Assembly: GCF_001194135.2 (NCBI RefSeq)
Contig: NC_068985.1
Coordinates: 16,009,769-16,064,710 of the forward strand
Origin: Octopus bimaculoides
Lineage: Eukaryota
Direction of reading: 5' to 3'
Length of the DNA stretch: 54,942 bases
A model generated the notes under the pieces. It saw only the letters and a list, made by a program, of their open reading frames with translations, did no database searches and had not been told where the DNA came from. Numbering within the stretch: the first letter of the stretch is position 1; each line of letters begins with the position of its first letter. The position numbers were made by a program, and so were the translations under genes. This document shows positions 1-12,627 of this stretch, piece by piece.

Positions 1-639
1 TATATATATGCGTGTGTGAGTGTGTATGTGTGTGAATGTGTGTGTGTGTATTCATACAACCACACTCATATATATATATAATGTCACACAAAGGAGTTTT
101 GAATGAAATATATCCGTGCTAAATCACATTCAACACGTTTCCCTGCGGAGCTAGTTCTGAGAGGAAATTCTCCTATTGACATGTGTAAAATTAGAAGACA
201 ACCCTTGATTGACGTCAGTAGATCGTGAGACGCATGCGTTTCTGTGCCGTTTTCACTACGAACGCTAAATCTCTCACACACAAACCGATGAAAATGGAAT
301 TATTCTCACTAAAGCAGACAGACAAATAGACAGGTAGAAGTACGTAAAGCTTGATCAAGATAGAATGAAATAAATGATACCGCACAAAGAGTTAAACGAA
401 TAGTATGTGTATCGGTAAATCTGCGTGAATTTATATGAAGATCTGTGTTTTTCGTTGTTTGCATGAATATAATATGGATACGCACGTATGGATAAAAATA
501 TTCATGCACGTAGGAGTTGCCAAAACTGCGTTGAAAAGATTAGTATTTCTCTTCACAATGAGAAAATACGGAGTGGTATCAAAACATTATTTACATTATT
601 TACATTTGACGGATATTTGTCCTCATCTTGTTTGTTGTT

Positions 640-685
640 AACACAACGTTTCAGCTGATATACCCTCCAGCCTTCATCAGGTGTC
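640..685 (-). ncRNA. Minimal type I hammerhead ribozyme motif (inverted copy)
   Basis: Reverse complement reads GACAC-CTGATGA-A-GGCTGG/AGGGTATA/TCAGCT-GAAA-CG-TT-GTGTT. Its stem II differences from the right copy keep pairing through G-U. Confidence 0.72.
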
Positions 686-732
686 TTGAGGAAATTTCGA
701 ACCTGGGTTCTCATGCCTAAGGTAGTTTTCGA

Positions 733-980
<248 letters not shown>

Positions 981-1030
981 ATATCGAAAAATACTTTAGG
1001 AATGAGAACCCAGGTTTGAAATTTCCCCAA

Positions 1031-1076
1031 GACACCTGATGAAGGCTGGATGGTATATTAGCCGAAACGTTGTGTT
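1031..1076 (+). ncRNA. Minimal type I hammerhead ribozyme motif
   Basis: GACAC-CTGATGA-A-GGCTGG/ATGGTATA/TTAGCC-GAAA-CG-TT-GTGTT: both core boxes, 6-bp stem II, palindromic ACGT stem III, stem I GACAC/GTGTT. One extra nucleotide follows A9. Confidence 0.75.
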
Positions 1077-1261
1077 AACAACAAACAAGATGAGGACAAA
1101 ATTCGGCAATTGTAAATAATGTAAATAATGTACATAATTCCTCATCTCTTAAATATAGAACTGTGGTATCAAAACGTTCCCGGACTAGTTCTGTAGTGCG
1201 CCAACAGATGGTAGCACACGGTTGTGTGCGAAGTAAGAACTAATGGTGATCTTCTTAAGAC

Positions 1262-1530
1262 TGTGCCGGTCGACGGAAACTGTGTGGAATCTCGTCCTCT
1301 TTATGTGCGTGTCTCTGTGCCTGTGTTTGTCGCCCTCAACCACTTGACAATTGGTGTTGGTTTTTTTTACTTCCCAGTAACCTAGTAGTTCGGCGAAAGA
1401 GTCCGATAGAAAGTACCAGAGTTTAAAAAAAGACATAAATACTTGGGGGCGATTTGTTTAACTAAAACCCTTCAGAGCCGTGTCTCAGCAAGGCGGTACT
1501 GCAGTCCAATGACTGAAACAAGTAAAAGAT
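1262..1530 (+). mobile_element. Diverged SINE family A copy (body and 3' end)
   Basis: GACGGAAACTG ... GTTCGGCGAAAGAG.CCGATAG ... GACTGAAACAAGTAAAAG aligns by eye with full copies at 35372-35790 and 51979-52421. Confidence 0.75.
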
Positions 1531-1591
1531 TAACGGGAAAAATGAAATAAAGAGATAATGACAAGTTGACAGGATTGCCAGGCAGATGAAA

Positions 1592-1822
1592 AGCGGCGAG
1601 CTGGCAGAAGCGTTAGCACGCCGGGCGAAATGCTTAGCGGTATTTCCTCTGCTGTTACGTTCTGAGTTCAAATTCCGCCGAGGTTGACTTTGCCTTTCAT
1701 CCTTTCGGGGTCGATAAATTAAGTACCAGTTGCGTACTGGGGTCGATGTAATCAACTTAATCCCTTTGTCTGTCCTTGTTTGTCCCTTCTATGTTTAGCC
1801 CCTTGTGGGAAATAAAGAAATA
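1592..1822 (+). mobile_element. tRNA-derived SINE family B, tail type 1, full length
   Basis: A box TGGCAGAAGCGTTAG, B box GAGTTCAAATTCC, central GCCTTTCATCCTTTCGGGGTCGATAAATTAAGTACC (recalled as Deu/Nin-like); AGATGAAA repeated at 1584-1591 and 1823-1830 (TSD). Confidence 0.9.
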
Positions 1823-3917
1823 AGATGAAAGTATTTCCAATCATAGCTTTTACTATTTAAATAGTTCTGCTTCGCTTTCTTAAAATTGCTTCCATTCGTT
1901 TACCGCGTCTTCGAATCATATTGCTGTTTGTTTGTACATGACTTGTTCTGAAGAATGACTATTTCTGGGAGACGCCCATAGAATGAAAACAAACAAATGT
2001 CTCCGCAATGACGTCATTATATGACAAATATATCGTAGCTTAACTGCTGAAGCGAATGTCAATGGTTATCTATTGTGATGTTAATGTTCGTTCGCATGCA
2101 CATTTCAGTTTATTTTATTCTGTCTCCGTTAGTCACTGTTTCTATCTCTCTGCTCTTTATCTCTCTACAAATAGAGTTAATGCAGTTTTTTTTTCTCTCT
2201 AAATTTCATTCAATATTCCAGTGAATTCATTCAACAAGTGTAACTGGACGCATTCTTTCATCAAAGCATGCCGCGACGAAACAGTTCAACCACAAATATT
2301 TCCTGTCAATAAAACCTGTTGTGTAATAAAAGACAACAACTCTAGAATTCTCAATTTTCTATTTATGAAAGCATTAAAAACTATCGCAACTACATACCGT
2401 TTTTTACGTTTTTCTTTGCTAGATATTTACTTAAGAGGAGTAGATAAATAGCAAGGTTTATTGCCAGAGACTGATAAGTCACAAATGTTCAACTTCTAAA
2501 CATACAAATATTACAAAACCTCGGTTGTATAAATCAATATTTTATCAACGGCCTATGAATACCCATCATCGTAGCTGTTATAAAGACGTCATTTCTAGAG
2601 GCGCTTACTTTAATTTTCGGCTTTACACGTATCTTATGAAAACAAGCTCAGAACAATTAACTAAATATAACTAAAAGCTTCATGTTTCTATCATTGCCAC
2701 ATGAATAAAGTAGATGATATTTATCAGAAATCAATGATTGAACCGTAGAGGCTGAAAAACATGACGCCCATATTAATTTTAAATCCTATTCATATTGTTT
2801 TTCTGTAAATTAATGAGAGGGAAAGGAGTTAGTGTTTGCTACAACTTCAAGTACTTCCAGTTTGGTTGGTAGAATTGATGTGGTCGACATTCTGTGATGT
2901 CAGCAGGAAACACTGATATCTGCTGGAAAATATGAACAAATAAATTCAAGAGGTTTCCGTCGCGAGAGAAGGTAGCTGGAGGAAACGTTTAGTGTAGGAT
3001 CTGAGATGGTGAATCACAATAGGAGACATAAAATGAATTAAAATTATTTTATGCATCGCGAAGCTGGTTGACATTGCCATATCAGTATAACGACAGCCAG
3101 AAGTTATTTTTTTACTTTACTAAGTGGATTTTTGCAGAATTTTTAGAATTCTTTTTCCCAAAACTTTTCGATCAAATTAGCTCTGTAGGAATTATATCTG
3201 CAGAGAAAATTTCTACGTTTACTACTCGATTTTCGTTGAACTGACTCCACATTTGTCATACTTGGTTAAACTCAAACCCAAACCTAGTTTTGACACTTTA
3301 TCAGTCTCGGTACCAATACGCATACACGCCAATCATGAAAAATCTCTGGTCGATTGACACAAACAGAGCCACAAGCCTTGTCAATATTTCTTCGTTTACC
3401 ATGAAACATCTCGCGAGAGGTAGCCACTGTCATATTTGAACTCTTCCATATTTCACAGTTTCCCTCTTATATACACATACACTCTCTCTCTTTCCTCTTC
3501 TCTCTTCTCCTTCTCCCACTGCCTCTCGCTTTCTCTCTCTCTTTTTCGGGATCTATGCTCCGTTTCGAAACATGCTAATAAATGCCGCATGTCCTATTTA
3601 TTACCAAAAAGGGAAACTTTTTTGATCCTGTTAACTATCGACTTATCGATCTCGCAACCAATTTCCCAATATGCAGCACATTATCATTGAAACCAAAACC
3701 ATCTAGTTACCGACGAAACATTTAACTACACAGTCGTACTTGCTTCCATACTTGCTGATGGTCAAGCTGAACATCAGCCATAACGATCTCACTGGTCTCG
3801 GAGGACGATGAAGGTCACGGTCACTGCATCGTTATCAAACGCATAAATAATTCGCTTTAGCGCAGACATGCATGCAAAAAATCACAAGAACAACACACAC
3901 ACACACACACATGTGTA

Positions 3918-3957
<40 letters not shown>

Positions 3958-3967
3958 NNNNNNNNNN

Positions 3968-4009
<42 letters not shown>

Positions 4010-4435
4010 GACTCACTCCCACAACCACAAAAATATTCTTTAGATATCTTTACGTTATATTGCATTATACTGACATTAACATATGTGCATATATTTATAA
4101 TAGCTAATACAAAAGCAATGAAACTATAAGTTGTTTCTGTTTCCCCGCTATTATTTCTCTCAATAGCACGGGTTTGTACGCTTTTATTTACCTACAATAG
4201 TCGTATTCAAGCTTGTATTGATATCGGTTGATGACGAACAGTGCAATGTGAAGGCTCATTAATCCGATCTTATGCTCCCAATGACTAGTAACACATTGTT
4301 TTACACCAGTTGGTATGAGTTAACTCTTCTTATGAATACATACACATGCCTATGCATGCACGTATGTATGTATGTATGTATGTATGTATGTATGTATGTG
4401 TGTATGTGTGTATGTATGTGTGTATGTATGTATGT

Positions 4436-4810
4436 ATTACTCCTTTACTCCTTTACTTGTTTCAGTCATTTGACTGCGGCCATGCTGGAGCACCACCTTT
4501 AGACGAGCAAATCGACCCCAGGACTTATTCTTTGTAAGCCTAGTACTTATTCTATCAGTTTCTTTTGTTGAACCGCTAAGTTACGGAGACGTAAACACAC
4601 CAGCATCGGTTGTCAAGCGATGTTGGGGGGTGGGGGGTGGACAAACACAGACACACAAACATGTACACACACATACACATATATACATATATACGACGGG
4701 CTTCTTTCAGTTTCCGTCTACCAAATCCACTCACAAGGCTATAGTAGAAAAAACTCTTGCCCAAAGTGCCACGCAGTGGGACTGAACCCGGAACCATGTG
4801 GTTGGTAAGC
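4436..4810 (-). mobile_element. SINE family A, head runs into gap
   Basis: Near-identical to 35372-35790; internal (CA/TA) tract; tail (TTTACTCC)n. Confidence 0.9.
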
Positions 4811-4970
4811 NNNNNNNNNNNNNNNNNNNNNNNNNNNNNNNNNNNNNNNNNNNNNNNNNNNNNNNNNNNNNNNNNNNNNNNNNNNNNNNNNNNNNNNNNN
4901 NNNNNNNNNNNNNNNNNNNNNNNNNNNNNNNNNNNNNNNNNNNNNNNNNNNNNNNNNNNNNNNNNNNNNN

Positions 4971-5016
<46 letters not shown>

Positions 5017-6162
5017 TTACATGTAAGTGCACTCATACCTTCCGTGAAAACTGCATGCATGTATGCATACACTATGCTTTCTATACATACCTAAACATAT
5101 GTATGCATCTGTACTTTACTATGTTTGTGACTGTATGTATGGTTATGTTGTTTCTGTGTGTACAAGTGTACATTGTTAGTTTTCTTAATATTCACCTGTT
5201 TGCACATACTATCCCTTTTACGCACTGCTCTCATTCATAAAACACAAACACCATAAAATAAAACCCTACAACTTTTATACTTATGCAATGCCCACAAGCA
5301 TACTTCGTTTATATGAGTTTGTGCATAGATTCATACAAGCACTTATTCACACCACACACAATAAAACTACTTCACTTACCACCGTTCCACGATAAAAGCT
5401 ACTGACTTACCACCGAATGGCCCCAATAACATTCAAACAAGCAATAATTAAGCTAAAATTTCCTCTTCAGTCACATCTTGAAATCTTTTAATCTCCGCAT
5501 TACTTTTCTTTTATACTCACCACAAAAACAAGCACAAAGACCATATTTATCGAGATCTATGTCTTTTATGACCAAATATTTATGCTATCTAAATATCCTG
5601 CCTCACATACGAACTCAACATCTGCAGAAGCAGATAAGACAAGAAAAACAGAGAACAACTATAAATAGCAACAAATGATTATTAGTGACAGAAGCAGTGT
5701 CAATACTGAGAAGTAATATTTAAACTTGGATGTTCTGCAGTAGTTTCCATGAAAGAAACTCGCATATTGGCTTTCGGTTAATATAAGCACTCTTGTTCAT
5801 GTTACTAGCGTGGAGATAAATCACCCGTCATTGCCGATACTGAAACAACCAGATCACGAAATTTCGAACTTCGCAGGCTTCATCAATGGTAGACGTTCGG
5901 ACGCCGGAGATAGCAACAATATCTCTGCTAGCGATTTACATTGAATCACTAGCTAGGAAACATATATATAGCATATACGTCTGTAAGCCAAAAACACTAC
6001 CTATAAATATAGTTCTCAAATCTTCACTAGTCTGAGATTCTTGTCCTGAAATAAAACTCTAAGTCACTGTGAATTATTCAAACATGCTGATTGTCACGAC
6101 AAATCTACAAATACAAGTTTTCTTTTCCTTAGAGGCAGTATTGCGTAGTGTAATCTAATTAC

Positions 6163-6208
<46 letters not shown>

Positions 6209-6579
6209 ATGCGTGCACGCGCGCGTGTGATTGATTGATTGACTGCGAGATTGATTGAACGTGTTTAAAATTTTACGTACATGCTATATAAACAAAAATT
6301 AGATGAAAAGGTACATTAAGGTTAGAATAATTGTCGTAATCTATCTAGAAAAATTTAAAGTCAAATAAGAAATGTGATATTCCATTTAGATATATTAAAT
6401 CTTTTTACCTTACATTCCAACCGGTTTTCACTCTAAGAATTATTCAATTGAAAATGAAGAAATTAGGTTTTAAAGCCGTACTACTTAAGGGAGTCTGCCA
6501 GGCAGATATAGTAAGAATCAGATTACAATTGCTCTGACTTTTGTGCATTTTCATCCACTTGTTATATATATATATATAT

Positions 6580-6690
6580 ATTCTTTATTAGTTTTAGTCA
6601 TTAGATTGCAGCTATGCTGAAGTTCCTCCTTATAAGGTTAGTTGAACAAAGTGACCCAAGTTATTGTTTTACGTCTGGTTCTTATTGTTT
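6580..6690 (-). mobile_element. Old SINE family A 3' fragment
   Basis: TTAGTCATTAGATTGCAGCTATGCTG resembles the family A 3' end TTCAGTCATTTGACTGCGGCCATGCTG. Confidence 0.55.
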
Positions 6691-7441
6691 TAGATAGATT
6701 AATAGATAGATTTAGTTATAGCTACATGTATACACGCTGAATATATACGTGTCAACATATTAATGGGTATACCACAGTTACTCAGATGCAGACTACCTCT
6801 GATTTCATATAAATAGATTAATTTGACACGCTTGATGAATGAAGGATTTTTCTACAGACTCATTTGCGAAACCAGTGGCTACCTGTATATGAATAATTGT
6901 GTTACACTTATTTATAAATAAATGTTTCCTTCATTCATCTAAAGCGAGTTCTGTCAATACTTTCTGACTTATATAAAACAATGCATTCATTGCAAACACA
7001 CAGACACACACAGACACACACAGACACACACAGACACGCACATACACATGCAATACATCCATATTAGCAATTGCAATAAACTAGGAGTTATCTAAATATT
7101 TTCTATTGCATATGTATGCAAGCTGTTCATCTAAATAGCTACTTCACTTGTTTTGCAAAAATATTCAGAGGCACAATATCGCTCGCAATACCATAAATCA
7201 AATATGATAAAATTAATAAGTTAGTGTTAACGCATTTAATGTTTAGAGCTTTCAAAATGCATCTAGAAATAAATATGCAGTATTGTAGATACTTTATATC
7301 CAGAAAGACTATCACAACATAAGAATTTCCATTCAAATATTTCCCAGTTTCCTGTCAGATCTGTAGAGGTTGTAATGCTATATACACTGTCCATTATCAT
7401 TACTGTGATGATTGCTATGCTGTTGGTGTTGTTGTTGGTGA

Positions 7442-7501
7442 TCTTCTTCTTCTTCTTCTTCTTCTTCTTCTTCTTCTTCTTCTTCTTCTTCTTCTTCTTC
7501 C

Positions 7502-7563
<62 letters not shown>

Positions 7564-7572
7564 GTTATTATC
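7442..7572. repeat. Compound (CTT)n(ATT)n microsatellite
   Basis: Direct reading. Confidence 0.98.
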
Positions 7573-8408
7573 ATAGATGTTCATAATATAATTTCCTGTA
7601 AGATAAATGTCTATAAAATAAACACCTCTTCGGTTCTGGCTGTCTGTTATCAAATCGATAGTTTGGTGGTGAAATTTCTTACATTAAGATGTGTGTCTTA
7701 TACAAAGGCTATGAAAAGCTTATAGCAACATATCTTTCACTAGTCATAACGTTGATTATAGCCAAATTGTCGCTTTTCTTATCCAACACAGTCGCTTTTG
7801 TTGATTCTTTGTTATTGTTGATTCTGGTTTTATCCATCACAGTCGCTACTGTAGATTTCTTTTCGTTGGTAACTTCTTTTTTAGTCTTTTTTCAAGTTTC
7901 AGTGATAATATTTATAGTTTCCAAAATGTAACTTTTTCTCTAAAATCTTGAGGTCTATTATCTAAATGTCAACCCGTTAAGAATTTTATCTGGAAAATTC
8001 TCTGGATAACAGTTCAGTCATTCTGTGTAACGAGGTTGATTATGGAATTTTGGGGATTTTTATTATATTGCTTTGTCCTTTTCTTATTGTGACCGCTGTT
8101 ATAAAGAGGGTATATGCGTACGTGAACGTAGCGCATGCATGTATGTATTATGTATGTATGTGTGTGTGTTTCTGCGCGTATGTGTGTGTGTGTGTGTGTG
8201 TGTAGATGGTAATGTAGTGTAATAGAGATAGGCGTCATACTCCGATTGGAGCCTCACTTTACCTGCGGGCGAATCTCCAAGGCTGGCTGGACATTTCGGC
8301 TTTATAGTGACATATAAATCCGTGTCGTTGGCTTAGAATATAATTTAAATAAACTCACCCTAGTAATTGTCTAGTAGTATATTCTATAGACCCCGGTTAG
8401 ATGAAACT

Positions 8409-8650
8409 GAAGGTACGTGGTCAAGCAGTTAAGGTTTTGCACTCTCGATCTCAAGATCGTGGTTTCGATTTCCAGACCGTGCGGAGCGTTGTGTTCTTGA
8501 GCAAAAACACTTCCTTTCACATTGCTCCAGTCCACTCAGCTGTAAATGAGTGACTCTGTGATGGAATAGCATTCCATTCAGTGGGAATGTTGTGGTCTTT
8601 GTCACTTACACGCGATGGAAACCAGGTAACTGTCTCTATGAGCCCCAGGG
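8409..8650 (+). mobile_element. tRNA-headed CORE-like SINE, relative of family C
   Basis: Head GGTTTCGATTTCCAGACCG as in family C; TTCTTGAGCAAAAACACTT ... CACTCAGCTGTAAATGAG resembles the CORE domain; tail GGAAACC...TATGAGCC also seen inverted at 50921-51023. Confidence 0.7.
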
Positions 8651-8685
8651 TTGAGAAACAGGGGTTGATGGTAGTAATTTCAATT

Positions 8686-8795
8686 GAAAGGCTAAGTTAA
8701 CCGCGGCAAGATTTGAACCCAGAATCTAAAGAGTCCAAACAGATACCGTAAAGCATTCTCTCTGACGCTCCAATGGTTCTGCAACTTCATCACCC
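8686..8795 (-). mobile_element. Old SINE family B head fragment
   Basis: GGCAAGATTTGAACCCAGAA ... AAAGCATT ... GGTTCTGCAACTTCATCACC parallels family B heads. Confidence 0.6.
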
Positions 8796-9261
8796 TATAC
8801 ATCTTTGGTTCTAATTGTCTGTAACAAAATCGATAGTTTCTGATAAAATTTCTTACATTTAATATATATATCTTTTATACATAGGTTATGAAAAGCTTAT
8901 AGCAACTTCTTTCACTGGTTATAACGTTGATAATAGCAACATATTTGCCTTTATTATCCAACATGTTTATTCTTTGTTGTTGATTCCACCACTATATTTT
9001 TGAAGCCGTGAAAGTGCCATTGTTTGGCTGATCTCTCTACAAGATGTAGCGACTGGACATCTCTCAAATCACACTCAACCATCTGAAAAATGGAAGAAGA
9101 CGTATGTCCAGAATAATATAACCTTAAATGTATTATGTCTAAAATATGTTTTGATTTTGTCTTCTCTATTACGACTCTGAGCTGAAGCCAGTCGAGAAAA
9201 GCAACAATCGTGTAATCTTTCTGCATAGCGATGTCGATTATTCAAACAAATATGATTATAT

Positions 9262-9460
9262 TTAGAGCATCGGACAAAATATCTTTCGATATTTGTTCCA
9301 GCTCTTTACGTTCTGAGTTCAAATTCTACCTAGGTCAGCTTTACATTTCATCATTTCAGGATAGAGAAAAAGGAAGTATCTGTCAAGTACTGGGGCTGAT
9401 GTAATTGACTAAACCCCTCCTCTCAGAGTTGTTGGCCTGGAGCCTTAATTTGAAACAATT
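9262..9460 (+). mobile_element. Old SINE family B copy, tail type 3
   Basis: TTACGTTCTGAGTTCAAATTC, TTTCATCATTTCAGG, AGTACTGGGGCTGATGTAATTGACT, tail GGCCTGGAGCCTTAATTTGAAAC. Confidence 0.75.
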
Positions 9461-9539
9461 ATAGATATTCGGAGAACTGATCGATTCGAATGGACAGAGT
9501 GAACACTTCCTGTTGAGAGAGAACTCTCTACGCTTAGAA

Positions 9540-10790
9540 ACAACACGTATAGGAGTTAGTTTTCTTACAATTGTTTTATCGCGGTATTTTGTTATCCAAA
9601 TTTTTATTTAGATTTTGACTTTCACAATTTCTATTATTTCTTGGTTTTCATCGTTGTTATTTCTTATTGTAGCCTCTGTTTTAAATTTGTTGGCTTCCAT
9701 GAAAAACAGAAAACAGTTTTTTGTTTTCATGTTTCGTTGCCGTTTGTATTGATTTTGCATGATTTTGTACAAGGTATTTTTGTAGTGGATATTTTGTTAT
9801 AGCTTTCTAGTAGTATAAAACCCAAACAGCTTTATATTCCTAGTAAATGTAATCTTTCAAAGTAAGAATTCGAGTAACAATTAAATACAATTATTACTTT
9901 TGTTTCCCTCTCCCGTCTAGCTAGTTCATAAACAATCTAATTGAAAATAATTAAAACTGTAAATTATAAATAAGCAAGAGTATTTCTGCCTCTAATCTTA
10001 TTTTTTGTATTTGACTCTGTTTTAGATTTTAGTCTAATGCATCTATAATATTCTTTTTAAATCTTTTCTTTCTCTTGTGCGTTATACATTGTCTAGTTCA
10101 TTTATTCCTAACAATTTGTATTGTTTCGTTTTTGGATTTGGTTTGCAAGATTCTTTACGTGAATTCATGTGTTGAAGCATATTTCATTGTGTCTGGGGAG
10201 AGTCATTCTCTTTTAGTACCTTATTATTTAACACACACACCGGTTCGATTTCCACTCATTTAGTTTTGTTTTTTTTTAATTTTCGTTCCGTCTTGCAACC
10301 TTTTCAGTAGTCGTAAACGACTAAATAGCTGAGTGGAAATCGAACCGGTGTGTGTGTGTTAAATAACAAGGCACTAAAAGAGAATGACTCACCCCAGACA
10401 CAATAAAATCTGTATTGTATCTGGCCTAATTCTCTTATCTCAGTTTTTTTTATCTTGTAAGATGTTAGCGTCTTTAATTTTCAGCTCGTCATTATCGCCT
10501 TAGAACATCTTTCTAAACTGAATTTCAAATTCATTTCTTCGGTGAATCCATGTACTTCTTGTAATATTATTTCTAGTCGCAACATATAACTTGAGATCAT
10601 CCATATAAAAAATGATATTTGCCTTCCTATTTACATTCATTTCAAATTCTGCTCAGCATGACTGTCAAAGGTGTCAACGCCATACAGAAAAGGAGTGCAG
10701 GTAGAGATACCAACACTCCGGGAATATTCCTCTTCTTATGGAGATAACTTTAGTTTTTATAATTCCCTCTTTTTTTCTACAACTTCAAGA
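9540..10790 (-). pseudogene. Decayed RLE-clade (R4/Dong-like) non-LTR retrotransposon RT region, interrupted by a fold-back insertion
   Basis: Manual minus-strand translation with frameshifts gives ordered motifs RRGIF (10722-10736), LLFCMALTPL, YMDDLKLY (10584-10607), FTEEMNLKFSLERC, YKLLGINE (10097-10120), KEYYRCIRL (10030-10056), ERLHL, KHENKKLFSV (9705-9734). Missed by the ORF track. Confidence 0.82.
10125..10406. mobile_element. Asymmetric fold-back element with 12-bp TSD
   Basis: Arms ~10184-10259 and ~10330-10406 are inverted; central hairpin AGTCGT-AA-ACGACT; ~60-nt unpaired left extension; flanks AATTTGTATTGT (10113-10124) and AATCTGTATTGT (10407-10418). Confidence 0.85.
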
Positions 10791-11889
10791 CTATTTGACT
10801 TTTGCTCAATTTGGACTTGTGCCTAAATTGAAAATAATTGTTATATTGTGGACTTGCAAATTCGGTACTCCCTGAAATGGTGGTACGTATGTTAGAAATC
10901 AGTTGACATTACTTAAATTATAACATAATAACAGTAAATTTTATAATATATATCTATGAAATGTTAACAGCAATTTTAGAGTGCTTGTGACTCGTTTCGT
11001 GTAAAACTGTCGAGATGATCGCTTGATCTGTGCTTTATTTTCACCAGCCCTGCTATACTATTTTCTAGTCTCTTCCTATTCTAGCAACATAGTCGCGATT
11101 GGCTCAGAAGCAATTTCACACATATTGCTGAATGTGTGAAGCATATTTTATAATGTGAGAGACTGGTTGTGGTTCAGAAAGGTGTATCAATCAATAAGAA
11201 CAAATGCAAAAAAAAAAAAAAAAAAAAATCCTAATTGCTGAACTTCATACGTTCACCTTGATAATTTAATATTACATTCAATATGGCTAAAATAAACAAT
11301 TTCTTTTTTACAAGCTTAATTATAAATAGAAAAATTAACTCTTTCCCGTATTAAAAAAATATTTTTCGCTCCAGAAATACGTTTTATCTTCAAATTTATA
11401 TTACAATTTTTTCTTCCATTTTTATTTCAATATATGTCGTGACGTCAAGCGAGACTTATTAAATTTTCCATTACAGATGCCATACAAATTTCTGAAATTT
11501 CAAACCTCAGAACATGTGTGATAATTATCTGCGTTATCTTTTATACAGCTTCTTTATTAATAGCTTGAGGAACGAGAGAGCATCGAGTCTTTCATTAGTA
11601 ACAGCGACAGTGCCCGACGATTTTGCTGATAAACTCGCAATGATTAAACAACTCTTTACAAAACACGTTTTATTCATTGGTGTAATTTTGTTAAATACTT
11701 AATTTCATTAAATCTCTCTCACACAATAGTATGTAGTTTAAATCTAACAGTTTCAGACGCTTCAAGATTTTCTTCGTTTGATATATATGTTTATATACAA
11801 CATCACCGATTTATAACTATTTTTCTTTCAAGCCTGATCCCATTACCAACATGAAACATTTTTCCACCAATTAAATCAATATCATTTGT

Positions 11890-12090
11890 CGTTATTGTTA
11901 GTATTTAGCCCTAGGTCAGCTCTTGCTGAGTATACCTACGATCACAAGCATTCTAGGAATGGCTACATGTCTTTCTTTCTAGTTTTGCATACCAATAATT
12001 ACATTATCTAACGTATCACTACATTCCCACAATGGTAGGATGTGATTTGAGGGAAATATGACTGTTGTTTCTAGATAGTCAAACAAACAC
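11890..12090 (-). mobile_element. Old dispersed repeat family D (other copies ~28810-28995 +, 29020-29095 -, 41645-41790 -, 43105-43270 +)
   Basis: Copies share GACCTGGGGCTAAA(C/T)AAC at the 3' end and CTAGAAATAGCAGC-like blocks, all heavily diverged. Confidence 0.6.
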
Positions 12091-12242
12091 TTCGAGGCTC
12101 ATTGTTATCAGTTTTGCGACAATGCAGTTAAATTTTTCCCCAAAATTTAGTGATACCAATCGAGCCTTCCGGAAGGTTCCCTTGACTCCAAATGATGATA
12201 AAAATTTCTTTTAGTGCACATATAGCAAAATATAATATCGAC

Positions 12243-12627
12243 GTTGTGGAGGCGCAATGGCCCAGTGGTTAGGGCAGCGGACTCGTGGTCATAGGATCGG
12301 GGTTTCGATTTCCAGACCGGGCGTTGTGAGTGTTTATTGAACGAAAACACCTAAAGCTCCACAAGGCTCCGGCAGGGGATGGTGGCGAACCTTGCTGTAC
12401 TCTTTCACCACAACTTTCTCTCACTCATACTTCCTGTTTCTGTTGTGCCTGTAATTCAGAGGGTCAGCCTTGTCATACTGTGTCACACTGAATATCTCTG
12501 AGAACTACGTTAAGGGTACACGTGTCTGTGGAGTGCTCAGCCACTTGCACGTTAATTTCACGAGCAAGCTGTTCCGTTGATCGGATCAACTGGAACCCTC
12601 GACGTCGTAAGCGACGGAGTGCCAACA
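12243..12627 (+). mobile_element. tRNA-derived SINE family C (Arg-like head; probably an octopus OR-type family)
   Basis: TGGCCCAGTGGTTAGG A box, GGTTTCGATTTCC B box, TCG at the anticodon position; colinear with the inverted copy at 53362-53761. Confidence 0.9.

Larger units (their letters stand above)
7641..8963. repeat. Diverged ~150-bp direct repeat pair (7641-7789 and 8816-8963)
   Basis: Shared blocks AAATCGATAGTTT, AAATTTCTTACATT, TATGAAAAGCTTATAGCAAC, TCTTTCACT, ATAACGTTGAT, TTATCCAACA in the same order. Confidence 0.85.

Noticed and set aside
3743-3811. LRR-like reading LPYLLMVKLNISHNDLTGL
   Set aside because: Single motif with irregular spacing in a 34-codon stop-bounded frame, without convincing splice sites.
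7705-7765. GPCR-like MTSERYVAIS on the minus strand
   Set aside because: No preceding transmembrane helix, a stop follows immediately, and the duplicate copy does not preserve it.
12243-12320. tRNA-Arg-like gene (also at 53690-53761 and the heads of families A and B)
   Set aside because: No 3' acceptor strand; each continues into a shared SINE body, with TSDs in some copies.
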